Notes under the pieces: model-generated | Databases searched by the model: none | Seen by the model: the letters and a program-made list of their open reading frames with translations, nothing else | Told to the model about the DNA's origin: nothing | Made by a program: the position numbers and the translations under genes | Assembly: GCF_963853765.1 (NCBI RefSeq) | Contig: NC_088853.1 | Coordinates: forward strand, 39,060,001 to 39,124,000 | Source: Magallana gigas | Taxonomy: Eukaryota | Reading direction: 5' to 3' | Length of the DNA stretch: 64,000 nucleotides | In this document: positions 1 through 10,400 of the stretch, piece by piece | Layout: every line of letters starts with the position of its first letter | Position numbering within the stretch: the first letter of the stretch is position 1

Positions 1-1009
1 TAGTTTGTGTACTTTGAAAAAATGATTTTTTAAAATTCACGATTTCTTAGAATGGTTGCCATGGTAACCACTTTTTTGCAGTTATCAACCCAAATGATGA
101 TACATTTTCATTTTCATTATTAAATTAAAATAAATGTTAATGTTTTGCTCCCAAAGATGAAATAAACACTACAAATAAGCCACCTATGATAGAATTTTAA
201 AATTTGTATCTGAGAAAATTCGGAATTTTGGGTCATTTTCATTCTGGCATATCCCTTGTTTACTAAAAGACACACTTTAAAAATCTATATGATATGAAAG
301 GTAAAAGTATAATTATTAACAACATGCAAGTCTTTTTGAAAACCTATCTTGGAATATCTAGATATATTGAACTGAAGTTGTTGTAAAATTGGGTATTTTC
401 TACATTTTGAAAAACCACAAAATTCGACATTTTTAAACTTCAATTTGCTTTTTATACTTGAGATAATGAAATAATTTCTTAACTATTCTTAGTTTTGGGG
501 AATTTTCAAAACATTAAATCTAATTTAACAGATAATCACAGTTTGTATTAAAATAAATATGGGAGTTAAAAATGCTATATTTCAGAAAATAGATTCTGTC
601 AAATTGACTATTTATTGGTCAGTTCTGGTTGCCATGGCAACGGCCACCCCAAAAAATAAACTAAGTCGAATTTTACCATCAGACACTTGAGTACACTCCC
701 TATAAAATTTTTTTGCATTTTGGAAGTATTTGTTTGAACGGCATCTTTGGATTCTTTGGTTTTTACAGAGAATGACTCTTAATTAGTCAGCCCGAGGACT
801 GACTAAATACATACTTATCCTTTGTGTTTCTGTATTTTTCCTTTACAATTAATTAAAAATGCTGTATAAATGAGAAAGTCTGATCCTATGCAATTGCATC
901 AGTAAATTATATATTTATACCAAATAAATAAATTGTTAATTATAGCTCTATTTATGATTACCACAATTGTTAAATAATTAAAGATCTTAAAAAAAGTTTC
1001 GTATTAAAT

Positions 1010-1222
1010 GCCGACGTTAGGGTCTCTCAGGGATTCTCAGTACCTTCAGTGCCGACCTAAGTGTATCTCAGGGCTTCCTCAGTGTCGACCTCAGGGTCCC
1101 TCAGGGTTTTTTTCCTCAGTACCCTCAATGCAAACCTCAGGGTTTCTTTCGTCAGTAATCTCAGTGCCGACCTCGGGGTCTCTCAGGGTTTTTTTCAGTG
1201 CCACTCAGGGTTTCCTCAGGTT
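1010..1222. repeat. Degenerate minisatellite built from CTCAGGGTTT / CTCAGTGCCGAC subunits
   Basis: Repeated motifs such as tctcagggattctcagtacc, cctcagggtttt and ctcagtgccgacc recur about 6 times; they explain the repetitive ORFs at 1008-1414. Confidence 0.7.
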
Positions 1223-1254
1223 GTTTTTTATTACAATAGTGGTATACCTATGTC

Positions 1255-1665
1255 AAAAATTCGATCCCCCATTGTGACCTCTCCTTTGGTCTTGATTTTC
1301 ACAACTTTGAATTTAAATTACCTGAGGATGTTGATAATAAGTTTTAGCTTTTCTGGCTGTTTTGTTTCAGAGAAGACGATGTTTAAAGACGTTTCTCTAT
1401 ATATTTTTACGTAAAAATGCGACCCTCATTATGGCCCAACACTACCCCTAGAGGTGATCATTTTACTACTTTGAATCAACACCACCTGAGGATGCTTTTA
1501 ATCATCTTTGCCAAAAAGCGTTTTATGTCAAAAATAGTTTTACTGGCCTAGTGGTCCTGGAGAAAATGTTGAAAATGTGAAAAGTTAACAGATGGACAGA
1601 CAGACAGACGACAGACCAAGAGTGATCAGAAAAGCATACTTGAGTTTTTAGTTCAGGTGAGATAA
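1255..1665 (+). mobile_element. 3' part of a non-autonomous Helentron-like (CvA/Pearl-type) element with GACA microsatellite
   Basis: (GACA)n at ~1594-1616 followed by gtgatcagaaaagcatacttgag...ttcaggtgag; the same terminal block follows the (GACA)n at 40205-40290. Confidence 0.55.
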
Positions 1666-2131
1666 TACATGTATAAGGTAGTTAGTATTACGTCACTATA
1701 AAAGTATGTGTGTAATCTCCCTGTAACCCCAAATCTTACCCCAAAAGCCTCGAGCATATCACCTCATTTTAAACATGAACAAACATATCTATAAATTAAA
1801 GTTTGCAATTTTTTGAAATCAATATCTAGTTTTCTCTTTTATTGTAATTTTAATTTAAAAATTATTGATGGATTTGGTCTTTTGTTTCATTTAACATCCA
1901 TGTTCATTACAGCCATTGCAACAGTTTAATTTTGTCCACGTTCAGTTACATTAAAATCAACATTTTCTCGGTATTGCATCTTCGAAACTAACAAGGAAAA
2001 TCATAAAAAGATTTATTATTCTGAAAAAACAAAATTGTTAACATGTAAATAAAAAGCGTATAATTATACGTGATGGCAGTTTATACCACAGAGGCCATAA
2101 TTTCCAAGATACATAATAACAGTGACTATAC

Positions 2132-2356
2132 CGTGATTGTTCGTCCTGAAGTAAATAGTGATGTGATGGATACTGTGGATGCTCCTCAGGTTCACCCACC
2201 AGGTGGCGGTTGTTGATAACGATGATACAGCATATTTACCACCGTCCAAGCTCAGGTCAGATTTACGTCCGTCCACAGCATTACTGGCGTCAAATCTGTC
2301 GTTACCTGGCATGTAAGGGTACTGCTGGTATGCTGGTTTATTGCGGGCAACGTTAA
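2132..2356 (-). CDS. Host gene B exon: N-terminal half of an F-type-lectin-like (FTP) domain
   Basis: Acceptor ttgttgacag| before 2356 and donor |GTATAG at 2131; 225 nt, phase 1-1; reads NVARNKPAYQQYPY...FDASNAVDG...TWWVNLRSIHSIHHITIYFRTNNH. Confidence 0.85.
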
Positions 2357-2900
2357 CTGTCAACAAACACACAACACCATATTAACAAGATTATTTACAT
2401 TTACAAAATTGAGTAGGTTCATTTACACTAACATTTACTTAAGATTGATCTTCAAAGACAATTCAACAGGATTTCATTTGCTTTGTCCGAACAATTATTG
2501 TCTTTTCATGTTATAAAATGTCCGATCATATAAATGATTTTTTTTTATAAAAACCTGAATGTTTCAAAACATTATTTATATAAATAACTCTACCGAATCA
2601 TAATTAATGATGTTATTTTTTTATTCTTATATATTTATCTGAAAAAGTGTTTTAAAGCATTATATTTCGGTCATAAAATGTAAATATGGTTTGTGAAAAT
2701 ACCAAACAAACAGTATTTAGGAAATAAATGAACTAATAATGAAACTTTTATAACATAATAGTGATGAACAATACGAGTAGATAACCGCCTAATTAGAATG
2801 TTGTTTATGTAAAAGGGAATATTACATTGTATACTACATGTACCTTTTTAATTAAATTTTAAATGACAATTACATTACATGTATATGCGTGTAAACTCAC

Positions 2901-2952
2901 CATAAGCCTTTGAAATCGCGAACACTACCAACAATAAAAACATGGACAACAT
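2901..2952 (-). CDS. Host gene B first coding exon (signal peptide)
   Basis: ATG at 2952 gives MLSMFLLLVVFAISKAY + G, then donor GTGAGT at 2900. It joins in frame (phase 1) to the 2356 exon as ...AY-VNVARNK. An acceptor (attacctatag|) 2 nt upstream of the ATG implies a non-coding upstream exon. Confidence 0.8.
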
Positions 2953-3929
2953 GTCTATAGGTAATACATCTAGTGAAGTTTAATTATGCTCTACAACGTA
3001 TATAATTATGCCGGAATATATTTCACAGTTACACTTTATGCGGAAATTAATGAAAACAATTACCGGATACAAAAACTTCAGATAATATCTAATTAGCATT
3101 ATAAAAGGATTGGCGAGGGAACATGAACGTTTGAAAAGATTGGCCAAGTCACAACTTGTCTCCGATGATTTAAACTCAAGCGTTATATGCAAACACCCTT
3201 GAATATGAAAACTGTACTTCCGACGCTTGTTAACCAAACACGTTCATAGAATCTCTCAAAAACTCGTTTCGATGTGATGTTTTCTTTTGAGTTTTGATTT
3301 ACGTGCTATAAAAAAAATAAAGGTTCACAATCATCATTCCTAGCACATGATATATGGCTAACGATAACAAAAGCTTTGTAATCAGTGACCCAGTTAAAAT
3401 ATAGGTCGACATAACACAAAACTGAAATACAATAATCAAGCACAAACGAACACGATATGCCTTAAGTGAAATCTATATTTAAACGAAAAGATATAACCAA
3501 ATGATTTGCAGTCATGCACGTCAATCTTTACAAAATTATCGACGGAGTCTATCTCAGAGGAAATTCTGGCAATGAAGAAAAAACAATGATGGAAATCGAG
3601 TGAGTACGACTTGCCCGTAGGAAATGATTTATTTGATATTCATGTGTAAATAATTCTAAATATAAAGAGAGGGGTATCATGGAACAAACAAGTGAATCAA
3701 ATTAGAAAGTTATGGAAAAAAAGTTTTTTGAAACGATCGCAGGATGAACCAATGAGCAATTTACTTTGTAAATATCATGAATATAATTATGTTTAGCTTC
3801 TCTTAGAGCATATAATGCAAATATTAGACATAAGTCGGTGAGTATCATCTGAATACGGAATTGTAATGCTAACTAGAACAACAATGAGAAGAAGGACGAC
3901 GTGTTGAAGGAGATTGGACTTGGTCGGAA

Positions 3930-4043
3930 AGGTTTAAGGCTGAAAGAATTGATGTGTTTATGATCAGTTCACTCTCCGACTAATAACTTGCAAGTTTGGG
4001 AGTTGACACAATCGAGGACAAACATATGCTGAGGAGGCTGTGT
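3930..4043 (+). pseudogene. Degenerate SAM-domain-like coding fragment next to the element 1 insertion site
   Basis: Reads RFKAERIDVFMISSLSD**LASLGVDTIEDKHMLRRLC, resembling the SAM pattern F..E.ID....L.D..L..LGV..IGD...L; two in-frame stops. Confidence 0.4.
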
Positions 4044-4105
4044 ACTCAGAAGAATGTACAGTGGATGATTCTGCTACCCATATAATAATAAGGGAACGTA
4101 ATATG

Positions 4106-4309
4106 TATAGTGTTTTTACACCTATATCATAAGTGGGTTGCCCCGAACTTACCGATACATAGCTGATTTGGTCTGTATTGGAATACGGCTTGTTCTCGTT
4201 TAGGCTGCAGTCCAAAGTGATCGGGGTCTTCACCATGAGCTCCCGCCAGGTGACGTCACAGCCCGTCATCATAGGTAACTCGTCCTTGGAGTAGTCGACA
4301 ACCACTACA
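4106..4309 (-). repeat. 3' LTR of element 1
   Basis: Direct repeat of 12958-13161; minus-strand ends TGTAG...CTATA; contains TGACGTCA (4251-4258) and CG|GTAAGT (4152-4147). Confidence 0.95.
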
Positions 4310-4327
4310 CTCCCCTCCGTTTTCTTC
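4310..4327 (-). other. Polypurine tract of element 1
   Basis: Minus strand GAAGAAAACGGAGGGGAG immediately before the 3' LTR. Confidence 0.85.
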
Positions 4328-4600
4328 GAAGGGACTCGGCCCACACTACCAGTAGGCCGGCTCCGTCCACTCCACTAAGCTGGACTTACAACCAACACAT
4401 CACCAGGGGGCGCATAACGCCCATCCCAATCAATACTGGGATCAACATCCCAATCTATACTGGGATCAACAGCCCTCACTTTTACGAGTTCAGAATATGG
4501 GCAGATGGGGCCATACAAGACATGATGGCCTCCGCCCAATAGAAAACGCCAACTAACCGTCCAGGAAACAGGGTCTGGGGGGACATAGGAGGGCGCGTAC

Positions 4601-5609
4601 CTACCACTCCTCCAGGATCAAGATGTGGACCCGGCGGGTTCTAGCATACCCGCGAGGATAGTCTACTGCTATGTACCCTCCTGTCGCAGTCCCAGGTGGC
4701 GGGCGGGGGAACTCCGGAGAGAACTCTACTCCCCTCGCTCTTCCTGCAACCCAGGGGTCCCAGGGCTCCAAGGCGCCCACCAGCTCATCCTCGGACGAGG
4801 TCGGGTCTGGGCCATAGTCCTCCGGCTCCTCCTCGGGCGGGGTCGCTGCTTCATCTACTTCGGTCTCCTCCCGTCTGAAGCTCTCGAGGGGTAGTGGCTT
4901 CATCGTCCTCGGACTCCTCCTGTCTGAAGCTCTCTGGAGGGGTAGTGGCGTCATCGTCCTCGGACTCCTCCAGGCAGATGCTCCCCAGAACTGGGGGATC
5001 AGGGGCATCCCAATCCTCATGGCAAGGACCCGGGGGCGGGGGTGGCAAGAGCCTAAACATCCCGTACTGCGACAATGGGTGCCCGCTGACTGTCTCGTTG
5101 CTCCACAGCTCCCGGTAGGCCCTCCTTAGGTCCGGGCCCAACCGGGAAACTAGATGTGCCTGTACCCTCCAATGTAACAGGAGAGCGGGATGTAGCCGAC
5201 CGAACAGGGCAAATCGGTGAGGGGGGTCCTCCCCCACAAACCGGCACAGTGCCTCCATGGCCCGATTCAAATCGGTGGGAACACCGGCGGCGGGCTTCTG
5301 GAACACTTCGCCTGTTGGGACGTCCCTCGCCAGGTCCTCTGGAGTGGCTCCTTCCCCCAGCAGGTGGTGAGCCATCCACATAAGCACGCGGTACCGGAGG
5401 CTGGCCCCCGCCTCAGGGGGCACAGACCTCCGGAACACTGGATGTAGGTGGGCCACTGTCACATGAGTTCTCATGGTGCGGGTCCGCACCAGGCACCCCA
5501 GGAACGGGCAAGTCGAACTTGGCCCTCTCGAACCTCTCCTCCTCGCGGCCCCCGATGGTGGGGGGGGGGGGGCTGCGGGGCCTCTTCTTCATCGTAATCA
5601 TCGTCATCT
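4601..5609 (-). CDS. Element 1 3' accessory ORF (env position): acidic/proline N-terminus, C-X4-C-X9-H-X4-H zinc-finger-like motif, helical domain, acidic 17-aa repeats; broken by two frameshifts
   Basis: Frame of ORF 4851-5489 is open from 5588 and reads PPPPPSGAARRRGSRGPSSTCPFLGCLVRTRTMRTHVTVAHL. The second 51-bp repeat unit lacks 2 nt, which shifts reading into ORF 4601-5020 (ESFRREETEVDEAATPPEEEPED...). No signal peptide or transmembrane segment is visible. Confidence 0.7.
4830..4970 (-). repeat. 51-bp coding tandem repeat (about 2.7 copies) encoding EESEDDDATTPPESFRQ-like units
   Basis: Units at 4920-4970 and 4871-4919 (49 bp, 2-nt deletion), plus a diverged third unit. Confidence 0.85.
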
Positions 5610-7432
5610 CTGTAAAATAAAAAGACCCTATTAATAATAATAGATATTCCCCCCATACACGTCGGACACACGAACTTGTCCATAGTGGTGGCGTCCTCCG
5701 GCGAGACACCCACACACAAGCCGTGGTACCAGCAGTCGCACTGGTCACACTGGACCATTAGTTTTCCGTCATCAGGACGATGACAGAGGCAATAAAGCTC
5801 GGTATCTGTGGATGTTTCTGGTGACTTTTCTGTGGTATCAGAGGATGACTGGCTGGGCCTCGGGGGTCGGTCTCCTCCTCGATAGGGTTCCTCAGGAGTC
5901 TTACCCAGCTTCCGAGGACGTCCTCTGCGGCGAGCGGGTTGAGGCCGACAGTCATCACCCTTAACTGGGCCCTCGAGTGCTCTTTTTCCCCGAGAGGTCG
6001 AACGTTGCGCCTCGGAATCTTCATCAGATCTTACATCACATGGTGAACCACTCACGAACTTCTCCCGATATCGGGCCAGCCACAAGGGAATATCCCTGTC
6101 GTTACACTTCTTAAGGCGGTCGTGGTTTGCCACCATCACAGCTGTCTTAGTCTTCACACGGTAAAGGTAAGGTGACAGCCTCTTGAGGATGATTCCTGGG
6201 CCCTTCCAGGATGGGCTCAACTTCCGGCACTTGCCCTTAACAGTCGCCGTATCTAGCAGGTATACCAAGTCACCCTCCTCAAAGGGGCGGGTGGCTGCCT
6301 TAATGTCAAAATCCCTCTTCATCCGCTCTTCCGAGGTGTTCAAGCGTCTACGGGTGGTCTCATGCGCCGACTGTATCCTCTCCTCTAGATCTGTCACATA
6401 AGTACAAACATTCACCGGATCCTCTTGAAGGGGAGGCCTGTACATTAAGCTGGCTGGTGTGTTAACTTCCCTGCCCAACATCAGTTTATTGGCGGTGAAA
6501 CCAGAGTTACGGTTCACTGCAGAGCGCAGAGCCCCGGCTATCTGTGCAAGATGCTCATCCCAACAATCTTGGGCCTTGTCAATGTAGCATCTGACAGCAT
6601 CCATAAGAGTCCGATTATAACGTTCAACCTGTCCGTTAGCCGACGAGCGATAAGGGGTGGTACGAGCCTTGTGGATCTCCAAGAGTTCACACACCGCCGT
6701 GAACAGCTTGCTCTCAAAATTACGCCCTTGGTCTGTGAAGATCTGGAATGGGCACCCAAACCTAACGAAGAACTCATTTACCGCGGCTGTAGCTGTAACC
6801 TCGGCCGTCTGTGAAGGGAGGGGAATGCATTCCACCCATTTTGTGAACTGGTCTACCATGACCAAGACATACTCATTTCCCCTCGGAGTCCGTGGAAGTG
6901 GTCCTAAGAAGTCCAGGTGCACCCTCTCCATGGGTGCCCCAGCATGGTACTTAATCATCTCCGCCCTGGCGTGGCGCTGGGGACGTTTGTTTCTACTACA
7001 AGGGCAACAAGTACTGACAAAGTTCTCAGCCTCTCTCATCATTCTGTACCAAAAGAAGTGCTCCCTCAGCCTGGCTTTAGTTCGTTCGATTCCCTGGTGT
7101 CCAGCTGCCGGCACCTCGTGGCAAAGGCGCAGTACCTCTCGTCTCAGGTCACGGGGCACAATCAAAACTCTTTTCCTCTCTCCCCCCTCCTCTATCTCTT
7201 TCCAGAGGACTTTGTCACTATCCAGATATAACATATTCCTGTTGATGTAGTAGTGTTTCACAGCCGGGCTGGTCAGAAACAATTCGCCCTCGTCTGGTCC
7301 CAGTTCTCCCTCCAACCAATCCAAGATCAAGCCTAACTCTGGGTCATTAGAGTGGCTAAGACTCATCTCCTTAAGGGTGAGGCCTACAAGTGACGTCGGG
7401 CCTTCGAGGTCCGCCGGAGAGACTCCCATCAC
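5471..7432 (-). CDS. Element 1 pol, part 2: integrase (HHCC, DDE core) with C-terminal AT-hook and PHD finger
   Basis: HEVPAAGH...CCPC; HLDFLGP, FTDQGRNFES, NGQVERYNR; RRRGRPRK; LYCLCHRPDDGKLMVQCDQCDCWYHGLCVGVSPEDATTMDKFVCPTC. This frame is open from 7576, so the shift from ORF 7429-11424 lies between ~7430 and ~7575. Confidence 0.93.
   Translation of the reverse strand: MMGVSPADLEGPTSLVGLTLKEMSLSHSNDPELGLILDWLEGELGPDEGELFLTSPAVKHYYINRNMLYLDSDKVLWKEIEEGGERKRVLIVPRDLRREVLRLCHEVPAAGHQGIERTKARLREHFFWYRMMREAENFVSTCCPCSRNKRPQRHARAEMIKYHAGAPMERVHLDFLGPLPRTPRGNEYVLVMVDQFTKWVECIPLPSQTAEVTATAAVNEFFVRFGCPFQIFTDQGRNFESKLFTAVCELLEIHKARTTPYRSSANGQVERYNRTLMDAVRCYIDKAQDCWDEHLAQIAGALRSAVNRNSGFTANKLMLGREVNTPASLMYRPPLQEDPVNVCTYVTDLEERIQSAHETTRRRLNTSEERMKRDFDIKAATRPFEEGDLVYLLDTATVKGKCRKLSPSWKGPGIILKRLSPYLYRVKTKTAVMVANHDRLKKCNDRDIPLWLARYREKFVSGSPCDVRSDEDSEAQRSTSRGKRALEGPVKGDDCRPQPARRRGRPRKLGKTPEEPYRGGDRPPRPSQSSSDTTEKSPETSTDTELYCLCHRPDDGKLMVQCDQCDCWYHGLCVGVSPEDATTMDKFVCPTCMGGISIIINRVFLFYRDDDDYDEEEAPQPPPPHHRGPRGGEVREGQVRLARSWGAWCGPAP
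5610..5640 (-). promoter_or_regulatory. Predicted 3' splice acceptor of element 1
   Basis: Minus strand ...ctattattattaatagggtctttttattttacag|AGATGAC: an AT-rich island with branch-like sequence, pyrimidine tract and CAG, inside an otherwise GC-rich element. Confidence 0.75.
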
Positions 7433-10400
7433 GCAAGCGAACTGAGGGTACCTGCTGATCCGGATATGGGTCCTACAAGGTCCATCCGGGCTACTCTCGC
7501 CCTCAGAGTCAATCTCAGGATAGGAAAACCGCCAGTCCGTCCCAGAATTCCTCCGGATACATATCCGAGGGCTATCTCACTGACCGATGGCTGGGCTTCT
7601 CCGGATGCACGGCCGTCTACTGTCCCCTCGAGCTCGTCCTCCAGCAAAGGAGAGTAAATCCAACTTCCTGGCCTAGCAAGCGGGGCTACATCGTCTACCT
7701 CATCAGTAAATACATTCCACAATTGATGGGCTCTGGTGCACTTACGACATCCACCGCAGGGCAAGTCACTAAGGTTCACAGCGAAGTCCACCCCCTGACA
7801 TCTGGAAGACATGGTTGGTCGAGAAAGCGCGTCAGCATTCACGTGACGCTTACCGGGCCGATGTTGGATGACCATATTGTACTGGCTGAGCTCCTCCAAC
7901 CAACGAGCTAGTTGATCCTGGGGGTACCTAAAGTTCAGCAACCAGATGAGACTATGGTGGTCCGTACGTACAATAAATCTCCGGCCTAGTAGATAATGGC
8001 GATACATGCGTGTGAACCGGATGACGGCCAGGAGCTCTTTCCGAGTAGTACAGTATTTTTTCTGCTCCGCGGACAAGGTGAGGCTCCCGTAGGCTATGGT
8101 TCGCTCCTGCCCCTCTTGGACTTGGCACAGCTCGGCTCCTATGGCTTCTGCAGACGCATCTGTGTCCAGCACAAACTGATAATTGGCTGTAGGCAGAGCT
8201 AGTACCGGGGGTGAAGTGAGGGCTCTCCGGAGGTTCTCAAAGGCTGTCTGCTGCTCAGGCCCCCAAACAAAGGGTTTCTTGCCAGTGATGTTATACAGCG
8301 GATGCGCCATCTGAGCAAAGCCAGCAATAAACCCTCTATGGTAATTGGCGAAGCCTAGGAACCGCTCCACCTCCTTAACATTAGTGGGAGTCTCCCAATG
8401 CTTCACGGCCTCTATGTATTCATCACCCATCTCTACTCCCGTCCCGCTGACCTGCCTTCCCAGAAACTCTACTCGGCGCCGGAACAGCTCACACTTCTTG
8501 GGCTTGAACTTCAAGTCATAATCTCGGAATCGCTTGAACACTTGTCTCAAGATAGCCAGGTGGTAATCAAAATCACTCCCCAGCACCAGGGCGTCATCCA
8601 AGAAGGCCAGTACGATACTCCAGGTCAGCCCGCGTAACACTAAATTCATTGCCCGGGAGAAGGTAGCAGGGGCATTACAGAGACCAAACCCCATTCTCCG
8701 GAACTCAAATAGGCCATACCGGGTAATGGAGGCAGTTTTTTTTCTGTCCTTGGGGCTGATCATAATTTGATGAAATGCGGAGTTAGCGTCTAGCTTCGAG
8801 AACCACACATTTCCCGAGAGGGTATCAAGGCACTCATCAATGAGGGGAAGGGGAAAAACATCCTTCCGGGTGACATTGTTCAACCGGCGGTAGCCGAGAC
8901 ACCACCTGACTTGTCCGTCCTTCTTACGGATGAGGACTGGCGCTGAAGCCCACTCGGACATGGAGGGCTGGATCACTCCAGCGTCAAGCATCTTTTTGAG
9001 GTGCGCCTCCTCTTCGCCCGCAAAGAATACAGGAGTACGCCGCATCCTCTCCTTGACTGGCGGTGCATCTGCAGTGTCAATCTCATGCTCAAGGGCAGTG
9101 AAGTTTCCAAAATCAAACTCACTCCGGGCAAACACATCTTGGAACTCAGACAGCAGGCTAGCAAGTTGGGACCGCTCCTCATCACTCAACTCCGCAGAGG
9201 ATCGTTCTAGCAGGTCCTGCAAGTGGGTGGGTACTTCCGGTGGTGTGCCCTCGGTCCCACTCTCAGCCATGTTACGCACCTCCCTCATCAAATAGGGCAC
9301 CGGCACGTATGGCTCCGCCTCGACTGCCTCACCGATAACACTGCCCTCCTCTAAGGACACATCCTTTCCAGATGCATGAACTAAGCAAGCCAGGGACGCC
9401 TCTCCCGCAGCGTGATACGTATGTGGCATGATTAAGGCATCCGACAAGTCCTCAATCCTTGGCACAACCAGGTAATCTGACAGTCTTCTCTCTAGCCTAA
9501 GAGGGCACATGACTACAGAGCCTGCAGGAACTCGAACCTTCCTCACCAAAGTCACATTGGCCTCCGTCCGAGCATTCCCCCGTCCATAGGTCATCTGAAT
9601 TGTCTCACCGCCGAGAATCAGTATCCCATGCCTCAGGTCAAGCTGAGCACCGTGGTCTCTCATGATGTCCATCCCCAGTAGCATCTGGTCCTTGAGAGGA
9701 GCAACATACAGGTCAACCTTAAGTGTGCGCTGGCCCACACGAAAATCAAATGGTCCTGCTACAAAACCCTTAAGTCTCGCTCCGTGTCCTGCCTGCAGCA
9801 AGGTAACATGCCTTTTAATAGGGGGCTTTTGTTCTAGCTGGTCATAAAACATCTTCCCTAGGACACTTACCTCTGCCCCGGTGTCCGCCACGGCCTCTAT
9901 AGATAACCCTTGGATCCTCAATGGAACCGAGTAACTGGTTTGTGGGCGTACCTGCCCCACCACCACACACAGGTCCTCTACCTCGCCGGCCGTCTCACTG
10001 GACTGGGGCATCCAGTCCTCTTCAATGTCCTCCATGACCTCAACCTCAGTCTCCCTAAACTCGGCAATCTCTACACTGAAATCCGCCACACGCTCCGGAC
10101 TCTGGTCGGTTGGAGTTGAGAATCCCCTCCCCGGAACCACAGGTTCATCATCAGAAAACAGATCGGGTGACTTGGACCGCTCAAATCTCACCTTCAGCCC
10201 ACTACGTGCCTTCCCGCTCTTCATGCAAGAGCGGGCCTCAGCTGCTTGCTTGTCACAACTTGACTTCTCCGTAGGTTGTCCCTGAACTCTATCATCTACT
10301 GGGTGCCTTCCTGCCTCCGTATTTCTATCCGGGGTCAGCATGCGCACGGCTCCTGAAGGCCGATTCTCACTGGAGGATCTATTCCTGAACCTAGGTCCTC

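Noticed and set aside
1008-1414. Two overlapping repetitive ORFs
   Set aside because: Produced by the minisatellite at 1010-1222.
2980-3700. Possible Penelope-type RT relic (LIRY-like motif in ORF 2980-3237)
   Set aside because: Similarity is too fragmentary to support by eye.
3964-4344. Near-identical ORFs at 3964-4344 and 12873-13214
   Set aside because: They are chance open frames across the two LTRs of element 1; they run out of the LTR into unrelated flanks.
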